Virus record (IMG/VR): IMGVR_UViG_3300032323_001487
Coordinates: 1-64,000 of that record
DNA length: 64,000 bases
Direction: 5' to 3' (one strand)
From: a virus
Lineage: Duplodnaviria; Caudoviricetes
Each line of letters opens with the position of its first letter. Position 1 is the first letter of the stretch. A program made the position numbers and the translations under genes. Below the pieces are notes generated by a model. It was given only the letters and a program-made list of their open reading frames with translations. It was not told where the DNA came from and searched no databases. This document shows positions 37,434 through 45,037 of the stretch, in pieces.

Positions 37434-37721
37434 GTTGGAAATCTTTTTTATAGTTTTGGGAGCCATAGCGCTTACGCTGGGTATTTTTGTTGTTGCCGTG
37501 GTTGCGCTTGGTCTATCAATCATTAGAAATGCGCCGAAATGGTTCGCAGAAGCAGAATATGGCGACGAAGACTAAAAATTAGGTGCCGATGGCTCCAGGG
37601 TAAAGGGGTAGGCGGTTATCCGAGCGAAATCGTCGCTTCGCGCTCGCAAAACTCGACTTGACAACACAATGGCTATTTGCTACAGTTATCAGGTAATCAA
37701 AAGACGAAAGGACAAAAACTT

Positions 37722-38690
37722 ATGACTACTCACAAACTAAAGGTCGCATATAGCCCTGACTACCTGAACTGGCAACTTGGCTCAGGCGATGGCAACCACC
37801 CTACTCAGCCGATTCGTGCGCGTATCGCGCTGGAGTGGCTAAAGGAAGACCTAGGCTCAGAAGTTGATGTTATCGACCCTGATATCAAGCGAGCAGACAG
37901 ACGCGAGTTGGAGACTATTCACCACCCCGCTTTTGTTAGTGAAGTTCTAGACCTTGGAGAGTGTGCCGATTGGACAGACTCAAGGCCACAGATGGGACAG
38001 ACTGCGCTAAAGATGTTTTCTGGAACTGCGCGACTAGTCGAGATGATTATTCGTAATCAGACAAAGATTGGCTTCAACCCACAGGGAGCAAAGCATCACG
38101 CGCAATACCGAACTTCAGAAGGTTTCTGCGTGTTCAATGACTTCGCTTGGGCTGCCAAAGCCTTCAAGCGTGCTGGACTCAAGGTTGTCTACATCGACTG
38201 GGATGTAAATGCTGGTGATGGTGTTCAGAACTTGCTTGCCGATACAGACATTCCAACCTTCAGTATTCACGGGCACGGGATTTACCCAACCCACTCAGAT
38301 ACTTGGAATGGTGACTACGAGAGCAAGAACACCACTGGAAACTACACTTGGCACAACGAAGCGAAGCACTGGTATAACTGGTGCCTAGTTCGTGGCGAAG
38401 GCGATGCTGGATTCAAGTGGGCTATCGACGAGATTGCTAAGAAGGTTGCCGAGTATAAGCCTGATGTAATCCTGCTTGCTACTGGAGCAGATGGTCACGA
38501 AGGCGAACACTGGGGACTGAAATACACCTTCGATGGTTATGCCTATGCGTCAAAGGTTGTTGCTGAACTGGCTAACAAGTATGCCGATGGTCGCGTGTTG
38601 ATTGGTGGTGCTGGTGGTTATCAGCCGTACACCCACACCCCGCGCATCTGGGCAAATGTCGTAAGAGACATCTACGAGCAAACTAACTAG
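37722..38690 (+). CDS. Histone deacetylase-family (AcuC-like) amidohydrolase
   Basis: HP..P.R, GAKHHA, GFCVFND, YIDWDV..GDGVQ, SIH, GAD.H, GGY. Confidence 0.9.
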   Translation: MTTHKLKVAYSPDYLNWQLGSGDGNHPTQPIRARIALEWLKEDLGSEVDVIDPDIKRADRRELETIHHPAFVSEVLDLGECADWTDSRPQMGQTALKMFSGTARLVEMIIRNQTKIGFNPQGAKHHAQYRTSEGFCVFNDFAWAAKAFKRAGLKVVYIDWDVNAGDGVQNLLADTDIPTFSIHGHGIYPTHSDTWNGDYESKNTTGNYTWHNEAKHWYNWCLVRGEGDAGFKWAIDEIAKKVAEYKPDVILLATGADGHEGEHWGLKYTFDGYAYASKVVAELANKYADGRVLIGGAGGYQPYTHTPRIWANVVRDIYEQTN

Positions 38691-38697
38691 GAGAAAA

Positions 38698-39030
38698 ATG
38701 ACAGACATTCAAGAGATTCGCGAACAAGGTATTGGGAGTAACTTCTCAGTGCTGAACCCCGAAGATGGATTCCGTAAGGATGACACCTTGTGGTTTGGTA
38801 ATTGTAGCGAGTGCGGTGAACGCGTAACTCAATCTCGACACTACGACTACTGGCAACACACCAAATTCTTAGAGAAGGGCTATGGCTCTAAGCAACAGTG
38901 GGAAGAGAACAGGTGGCACTCACAGGCTACTTCCACTGGCTTGGACTATTGCCCTACTGCTAAGGGAGAGCCTGATACCTGCGTAGTCTGGTACTATGAC
39001 GAAAACAATGAAAAGGTTTTTGTATCATAG
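38698..39030 (+). CDS. Hypothetical protein
   Basis: SD AGGAG; CSECG. Confidence 0.7.
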   Translation: MTDIQEIREQGIGSNFSVLNPEDGFRKDDTLWFGNCSECGERVTQSRHYDYWQHTKFLEKGYGSKQQWEENRWHSQATSTGLDYCPTAKGEPDTCVVWYYDENNEKVFVS

Positions 39031-39184
39031 AATAGAACTATGACTACAGATTTACTGCCGATTCTCATATCAGTCTTAGTGCTGATATCAGCCTGGGCAG
39101 TTTTCTTTTTCAGCACTATGTATCTAATCAAAGTCATATTCGACAAAATTGAAGAGCATAGAAATAAATCTAAGGAGCGATGAA

Positions 39185-39352
39185 ATGGGCGAATTACTTT
39201 TTGTTCTAGTTATCGGACTAGCAGTTGTTGCCTCGGTTACTTGGCTAGTCGATGGCTACAAGAAAGAACTAAGAGACCGACAAAATCAGAGAGATGTATC
39301 CCCAATGCTGGGAGTCGTCTTACCGAACAAGAAGGACAAGAAAGATGAATAG
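39185..39352 (+). CDS. Small membrane protein
   Basis: SD TAAGGAG; one transmembrane segment. Confidence 0.6.
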   Translation: MGELLFVLVIGLAVVASVTWLVDGYKKELRDRQNQRDVSPMLGVVLPNKKDKKDE

Positions 39353-39521
39353 TTGGATTGTTAGATTGAAGGATGTAGTTTGGACTGCTGTGTTTGCTGT
39401 CGCGCTCGCGGTAGTGGCTATTCTCGTAGCACTGATTGTGCCGAGTGCTATCTCGCTGGTGCTCGCGCTTGGGCTGGCCTCAGTTTCACTCGCTCTACTA
39501 TCTTGGAGAGTTGCTAGATAG
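39345..39521 (+). CDS. Small membrane protein
   Basis: Very hydrophobic 58-aa ORF, overlapping start. Confidence 0.6.
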   Translation: MNSWIVRLKDVVWTAVFAVALAVVAILVALIVPSAISLVLALGLASVSLALLSWRVAR

Positions 39522-39523
39522 TT

Positions 39524-39898
39524 ATGAGTGAGAAGAGATACAAGGTCCCGATTCCCGTAAAGCCTGAAGACCTTTATGCCGTAAGGGAGAAGGTCAAGCC
39601 TGCTGGAGCGTTCGTCGTGGGCGGGGGAGTGGTTGATGAAGTCAGACTATCTGCTGTCGTGTATCGCAATCTGGTTTCGCGCAAGTCTCTAACTATCCAC
39701 CACCTACAACGCCGATTGAATGAACTTGGTTTCACTTCTGCCTATCTAGACAAAGATGGCTGGTTCGATGAAGGAACTAGGTCAGCAATCAGGCTATTTC
39801 AAGAAGCAAATGAACTACCACCCACTGGGATGGTAGATGCCGATACTATGACCAAAATCTTTGATGGAGACCCGAACGTAGCGGTCATTTTGGACTAA
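39524..39898 (+). CDS. Peptidoglycan-binding domain protein
   Basis: LQRRLNELGF...DGWF...T.SAIRLFQ..N.L..TGMVD..T. Confidence 0.8.
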   Translation: MSEKRYKVPIPVKPEDLYAVREKVKPAGAFVVGGGVVDEVRLSAVVYRNLVSRKSLTIHHLQRRLNELGFTSAYLDKDGWFDEGTRSAIRLFQEANELPPTGMVDADTMTKIFDGDPNVAVILD

Positions 39899-40018
39899 AA
39901 ATAAAAGGGGTGCCAGATTCTCTGTGCGATGTTTCCCACTCGCGAACACCTATTGCTTTTACCCCACGACTGAGTTATCTTTATTGACAGAAAGACTTAC
40001 CAACAGAAAGAAGAAGAA

Positions 40019-40564
40019 ATGACAGAATTTCTCAAAAGAAATCAAAAATTACCACCAAACCTAGTTGAACTAGTAGCAACCATCTCAGATATGGAACTTC
40101 GCGATACCTACGTTCGTGCGCTTAGAAGCAAGGGCTGGACTCTACAAAGTATTGCCGAAGCCTGCGATGTATCCCGCGAGCGCGTTCGCCAAATCTGCGA
40201 GATGCCTGAGTCCAAGTTATTTGACTCAGTGGTAGTTCCTAGTCCGCCAGTGAAACAGGCGCGGGAGAAGGTTGTCTACGCGCAACCGACAAAGGAAACC
40301 TTAGACAGGTTGCTGGAACTAAAACCACTTGCTCAACAGGTTCGCTCTCACGCAACTCGTTATCGTGCCGAAGCAGAAGAATACACTCGCCTGCTGAACC
40401 ACGCTCATAAGGTAGAAGGAGTATCGCTATACAACCTAGCCAGACACCTAGGAGTTACCTATCCCGCTATTCGATTCCGACTGACTCGATACGGATATCT
40501 AGACGCTGGTAATGGAACTAGCAAGGTATACAACCCAATCCTTACTAAAAACCGTGCTCTCTAA
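40019..40564 (+). CDS. Double-HTH DNA-binding protein (sigma-70 region 4-like)
   Basis: GWTLQSIAEACDVSRERVRQI and SLYNLARHLGVTYPAIRFRL. Confidence 0.8.
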   Translation: MTEFLKRNQKLPPNLVELVATISDMELRDTYVRALRSKGWTLQSIAEACDVSRERVRQICEMPESKLFDSVVVPSPPVKQAREKVVYAQPTKETLDRLLELKPLAQQVRSHATRYRAEAEEYTRLLNHAHKVEGVSLYNLARHLGVTYPAIRFRLTRYGYLDAGNGTSKVYNPILTKNRAL

Positions 40565-40575
40565 ATCAGAGCAAA

Positions 40576-40613
40576 AAGAAAACCCCTAGACCAACATCTA
40601 GGGGTTTCTTTTT
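40576..40613. terminator. Bidirectional intrinsic terminator
   Basis: GAAAACCCCTAGA...TCTAGGGGTTTC with A- and T-tracts, between convergent genes. Confidence 0.85.
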
Positions 40614-40626
40614 AGTTTGCGGATAC

Positions 40627-40977
40627 TTACTTCAGAACCGAGAGCAGTTTCTCTTCCTGCTCTTTAGTCAGACCTAGAGTCTCGCCTTCGTCGTCTGCTC
40701 CACCAGTGATTACTATGTCGCCCATTATTAGGTCAGTCTTGCCGTAAGACAACTCCCAAAGGTATGTGGCAACAAAGTTGAATGGCAGACCATCGAGTTT
40801 GCCTTCTTCGTTACACCACATAGTTAGGTCATCCACTGGCTTCTCCAGTGGGACAGCCTGAATGTAGCCACCAACCGATGACTTCAGGTATTGGTATTCT
40901 GCTTTGTCAGAACCTTCTGGTATCGTCTCGATAATTATTTCGCTATTAGTTGTAATGCGGATAGCCGTCTTTGACAT
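40627..40977 (-). CDS. DUF3846-like protein
   Basis: L...VGGYIQAV...CNEEGKL.GLP.N..AT...GDIVI. Confidence 0.75.
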   Translation of the reverse strand: MSKTAIRITTNSEIIIETIPEGSDKAEYQYLKSSVGGYIQAVPLEKPVDDLTMWCNEEGKLDGLPFNFVATYLWELSYGKTDLIMGDIVITGGADDEGETLGLTKEQEEKLLSVLK

Positions 40978-41071
40978 CTTGTCTCCTTGTTCAATAAGCG
41001 ATGATGCTTATGGAATAAGTAAACCACAATCTATGGCTCTTGTCAAGCGTGTCCTATGTAATAATAGACCT

Positions 41072-42469
41072 ATGGCTAAATCTATTATGGAACAAATTGC
41101 GATGCTCCCCGATGATGAGCGAGCAGTCGTTCTTGCTGGAATGGATGCGGACACACTTATGTGGGACTGGTCAGTTTGGGGAAGACCAGAGCAACAGGCT
41201 CCACAGGGAGACTGGAACATCTGGATGTATATGGCTGGTCGTGGTGCTGGTAAGACTAGGACTGCTGCTGAGTGGGTTCGCGAAGAAGCCAAATACACCA
41301 ATACGGGTCAGAGAAGATTCGGACTCGTTGCTAGAACTGCTGCCGATGTTCGTGACGTTATCGTCGAAGGTGAGTCAGGGATTATGAATGTGTCTGCTCC
41401 AAGTGAGAAGCCTTTGTATGAACCATCTAAGCGTCGTCTTACTTGGCCTAATGGCAACACTGCCACTCTCTTCACAGCCGATGAACCAGACTCACTTCGT
41501 GGACCCCAGTTCACTCACGCTTGGGGAGATGAGATTGCGTCTTGGAGACAGACCCCAGATGGCGCTGGTATGACAGCCTTCGACAACCTTCGTGTTGGAA
41601 CTCGTCTAGGCTCACACCCAAAGATTATGATTACCACTACGCCTAAGCGAGTGCCGATTCTTTATCAGTTGCTGGCTGAGAATACCAAAGACCCTAGCCG
41701 TGTAGTTATAACTCGTGGTTCAACACTCGACAACTCAGGTAACTTGTCTAACGCATACCTTGACGCAATCACTGGAGTGTATGCGGGCACCCGTCTTGCT
41801 CAACAGGAACTCTATGGTGAGATGTTGGACAATGTTGAAGGCGCACTATGGAACGATGAGTTACTGAGTAGGTATCGCGAAAACGTAATGCCACTTAGTG
41901 CTCCACTTCGCATCATAGGTGTAGACCCTTCAGTAGCAGAGAACCCGCGAGATGAGTGTGGAATTGTTGTGTGTGCTGCCACTGCCGAGCGTGACTTGTA
42001 TAAGCGCAATGCTTGGGTGTTAGAAGACGCAACCATTCACGGCTCACCTGAAGTGTGGGCGAACAAAGTAGTTCAGATGGCACGCAAGTGGGGTTGCCCA
42101 GTCGTAGCCGAAATCAACCAAGGTGGTGCCTTAGTTCGCAATGCCATCAATGCGATTGACCCGAACATCAAGGTGCTAGAAGTTCACTCTAAATATGGCA
42201 AGGCTCTACGTGCCGAGCCAGTAGTTCTTGGATATGAGCAAGGTCGCGTTCATCACTTGGGATACCACGCAGACCTAGAGAGTCAGATGCTTGCTTGGAT
42301 TCCAGGAGAAGGCAAATCACCAGACCGTGTAGACGCGTTAGTTCACGCGCTAACAGCACTGATGATTAAGCCACCTGCTGGATTCGTTGGGGGAAAACTT
42401 ACTGCTAGGTCATTCGCATCTCGTAGAATTCCAGAAGCGAAGAGCACCTTCTTCAGACTTAGTAAGTAA
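41072..42469 (+). CDS. terL: Terminase large subunit
   Basis: Walker A AGRGAGKT, LRGPQ...WGDE, TTTP, nuclease GVDP...D.CG, SPDRVDA. Confidence 0.95.
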   Translation: MAKSIMEQIAMLPDDERAVVLAGMDADTLMWDWSVWGRPEQQAPQGDWNIWMYMAGRGAGKTRTAAEWVREEAKYTNTGQRRFGLVARTAADVRDVIVEGESGIMNVSAPSEKPLYEPSKRRLTWPNGNTATLFTADEPDSLRGPQFTHAWGDEIASWRQTPDGAGMTAFDNLRVGTRLGSHPKIMITTTPKRVPILYQLLAENTKDPSRVVITRGSTLDNSGNLSNAYLDAITGVYAGTRLAQQELYGEMLDNVEGALWNDELLSRYRENVMPLSAPLRIIGVDPSVAENPRDECGIVVCAATAERDLYKRNAWVLEDATIHGSPEVWANKVVQMARKWGCPVVAEINQGGALVRNAINAIDPNIKVLEVHSKYGKALRAEPVVLGYEQGRVHHLGYHADLESQMLAWIPGEGKSPDRVDALVHALTALMIKPPAGFVGGKLTARSFASRRIPEAKSTFFRLSK

Positions 42470-43030
42470 TTACTTACGCCAGTCCTGCGGGTCAATAGAC
42501 AGCAACCACTCGTTGAAGTGTTCGTTAGTTAGGGCTGCGCTTCCGCGATTGTCCTTCACCAACTGGATTGCTTCTTCTGCCGAGTAGCCTTCGCGAATTA
42601 GAACCAATGCGGTTACTATGCCTGAGCGGTTCAATCCTGCCTGACATCTAATTAGAACTCGCTTACCACGCTTCCAATTGGAGTGCGCTACTAGAACTAG
42701 GTCCCTTAGGTCTTCGATATCGAAGTCAGTCATATCGCCGTCATAGATGCCGAACCTAATCTCTTTCACCCACCAGTCCACAGGTTGTGCCGATGAATAC
42801 ATCGTCACCACTACGTCAAAGTCTTCAGGGCTAATGAAAGCCCCAGAGCCGAACCTTTGTGTGCGGACAGTGTCAGTTGAGTCAGTTCCACCTTGCCACA
42901 GACCTGGAGCAATCTCATCCCAGAGTCTCATAGGCATACGGTGACCCTTGTAGGTCTCGTTAGTCAATGCCGATAGGCTTGTGTTAGTTAGGTTAGTTGT
43001 CAATTCAGACTTCCTTTCGTAATTTGTCAT
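42470..43030 (-). CDS. Dual-specificity / tyrosine protein phosphatase
   Basis: VLIRCQAGLNRSG (CX5R loop). Confidence 0.9.
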   Translation of the reverse strand: MTNYERKSELTTNLTNTSLSALTNETYKGHRMPMRLWDEIAPGLWQGGTDSTDTVRTQRFGSGAFISPEDFDVVVTMYSSAQPVDWWVKEIRFGIYDGDMTDFDIEDLRDLVLVAHSNWKRGKRVLIRCQAGLNRSGIVTALVLIREGYSAEEAIQLVKDNRGSAALTNEHFNEWLLSIDPQDWRK

Positions 43031-43415
43031 AACCCAATGTTATCGAGTCATATCTCGTCTGTCAAGTCAATGCCGATACTTATTTTGACATCGGCACGTC
43101 TTATGCCGATAGCCCCTTCTTATGCCGTTGATGATTTTCAATACTTGCCCCCTAACCAATTCGCAAGCAGAGTTGATGGCTGACGCGATGACCCTGCTAT
43201 TTCATAAGCAATCAACAGCCAGTTGGAAGCCCTTGCTTCTCCCCCAAAACTTGTAGACAACCTAGGAACCAGTTATCTACTAGCAATCACATAGCAATAA
43301 GACCAGTCATCTCCTAGATTTACCCCAGAACCAGAGAACCAGAAGCCAAAAAGAAAGGTCGAGCGCGAACGACAGGTATTACTGGAAAACCATAGACCCC
43401 TTTTTATCTCCCCTG

Positions 43416-43478
43416 AGGCAGCCAGGGAGGCAGCCAGGGAGGCAGCCAGGAGGCTATTTTTAGGCTATTTTTAGGCTT
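43416..43478 (+). repeat. Short tandem repeats in a long non-coding gap
   Basis: GAGGCAGCCAGG x3 followed by AGGCTATTTTT x2. Confidence 0.75.
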
Positions 43479-43843
43479 GTTTTGGGCCTCTTCTAGACTT
43501 CTTAGGCTAGTCAAGGGCTACTTGACTTGTTTTTTGACTACTTTTATGATAGATTAGACATCTCAACAGGCCCATTCGAAGCCCAAACCAGCCAAAACCC
43601 AAAGAAATAGGCCAAAAAGGTCATTTTTGGAGTCAAAATCGGCACTCAAAACGGCATTTTGACGGCATTTTTAAGGCATTAGGAAACAATTTCGGTTTGG
43701 CTTAAACCCCACGATACCCAACTCGCACGCCAAAGCCAAAATACGATAATGTATCATTTTTCTAATCAGTCCCATTATGAAAAACGCCCCTCCCGGATTT
43801 TTAGAAAAATTCGTCCCAATACAGATGCTAAAATAGATACATT

Positions 43844-44353
43844 ATGGACCGCCAATACGCACGTGAGCAAAAACTACCTCCCGAAGAGGCAAAAACCCTT
43901 GAAGAGATGACTAAGAAGCAACGCGCAGAGCGTGCCAAGCAGTTGTTCGAGCGTGGATGGACCCTCCAAGCGATTGGGGATGCCTTCACTCCACCAATTC
44001 GACGTTCGACCATCCAGTATTGGGTCAAAAATGCGAAATCGTCGACGCCCCTATTGCCAGTGCCATCACCTTGGGGAGATTCGCCAGATTCTGAGGCTAG
44101 ACCTCGTGGTTATTTACGTAAAACCGCTATTTCGCCGGGCATCTCGCCTGAAAACCAAGAACGTCTAGCATATTTGGCTCCGCTCGCACGTTTGTATCGA
44201 AGTGGGATGTCGTCGACGTCCCTATCGGCTCAAGCAAACGAGGAATTCAACCAATTGATACAGGACCTATACAATGAGGATGTAAAGATTGCTGAAATTG
44301 CCAAAGCATCGAACGTTACGAACCGAGCGATTGCTCGCAGATTGGGAAAATAG
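43844..44353 (+). CDS. Double-HTH DNA-binding protein, paralog of the 40019 gene
   Basis: QKLP...GWTLQAIGDA, ERL..LAPLAR..R, IAEIAKASNVTNRAIARRL align with the 40019 protein. Confidence 0.75.
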   Translation: MDRQYAREQKLPPEEAKTLEEMTKKQRAERAKQLFERGWTLQAIGDAFTPPIRRSTIQYWVKNAKSSTPLLPVPSPWGDSPDSEARPRGYLRKTAISPGISPENQERLAYLAPLARLYRSGMSSTSLSAQANEEFNQLIQDLYNEDVKIAEIAKASNVTNRAIARRLGK

Positions 44354-44356
44354 CAA

Positions 44357-44719
44357 ATGAAGATAGAACACGACATATTTCCTGCCCACGCCTCGGTTGC
44401 TTCAGCCTCTTACGTCGGTGAACTCAAAGCGCATCCGCCAGTTGATGGAACTGCCTACATTCAGACGTCCAGAGTTATAGTTTTCGCGACAGAGGGCGCT
44501 CAGGTTCTGATGATTGCCCAAGACACGCCCGATGGTGCTCAGGTTGTCTTCCAAGAACGTATTGCCGAGTTTGATATCGACGACGTCCAGTATTTTGGAA
44601 CTACCGCTTCTGGCAAACGCTTTGCTTTCAAGAAAGACACGAATTGTGGTTGTGGCTCACGTCTACGCTCTTGGAATCCTTACAAAACTCTTTCATCTAT
44701 AAAGGACCCGTCTTTCTAA
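44357..44719 (+). CDS. Hypothetical protein
   Basis: CGCGSRLRSWNP; operon position before the portal gene. Confidence 0.7.
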   Translation: MKIEHDIFPAHASVASASYVGELKAHPPVDGTAYIQTSRVIVFATEGAQVLMIAQDTPDGAQVVFQERIAEFDIDDVQYFGTTASGKRFAFKKDTNCGCGSRLRSWNPYKTLSSIKDPSF

Positions 44720-45009
44720 TGCCTATTGACTTATTTACGTTTACGATTCTTGCTTTAGCGACGTTTAGAATCTCTCGCCTATTCACTACCGACGTCATTT
44801 TTGAGGGATTGCGTGAGTGGGTGTGGAAGAAGTATCCGCCAAGCACAAAACTTGGCTACCTGTTTACTTGTAACTGGTGTATGAGCATTTGGGTGGCATC
44901 ACTGCTTACTATTTGCTATACAATAATAACTACAGCAACTGTGGTCGTTGCCATACCTTTCGCATTATCCGCGGTTGCTGGCCTCATAGCCGCACGTTTA
45001 GACCACTAA
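44719..45009 (+). CDS. Membrane protein, DUF1360-like
   Basis: LATFRISRL.T.D.IF...R...LFTCNWCMSIWVA. Confidence 0.75.
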   Translation: MPIDLFTFTILALATFRISRLFTTDVIFEGLREWVWKKYPPSTKLGYLFTCNWCMSIWVASLLTICYTIITTATVVVAIPFALSAVAGLIAARLDH

Positions 45010-45037
45010 CGTTCCGTTAGACGACAGGAGACCCACG

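Larger units (their letters stand above)
18915..43065. promoter_or_regulatory. About 20 sigma-A/sigma-70-type promoters in the early island
   Basis: TTGACA/T/G with 16-18 nt spacer and a -10-like hexamer near 18915, 20660, 21151, 21624, 23279, 25263, 25940, 26438, 27711, 28630, 28824, 29508, 30073, 32032, 33522, 34366, 34746, 36031, 36353 and 37658 (+), and near 29469, 41041 and 43060 (-). Confidence 0.8.
19063..43403. repeat. Dispersed 25-bp motif AAAGGGGT-N6-TTTTCCRAGCG, 16 copies
   Basis: Plus strand at 19063, 19461, 19750, 25816, 30968, 31150, 31337, 31881, 33482, 37602 and 39904 (degenerate); minus strand at 20241, 29124, 31590, 35912 and 43379. Confidence 0.92.

Noticed and set aside
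40904-41071. 56-aa N-terminal extension of terL in the ORF track
   Set aside because: It overlaps the divergent 40627-40977 gene and its promoter; a -10 box sits directly before ATG 41072
19063-43403. The 25-bp motif as Tn3-family terminal inverted repeats or MITEs
   Set aside because: It contains GGGGT, but conservation extends outside the G-run (AAA), there are no 5-bp target duplications and no transposase is present; kept as an unexplained motif rather than a mobile element
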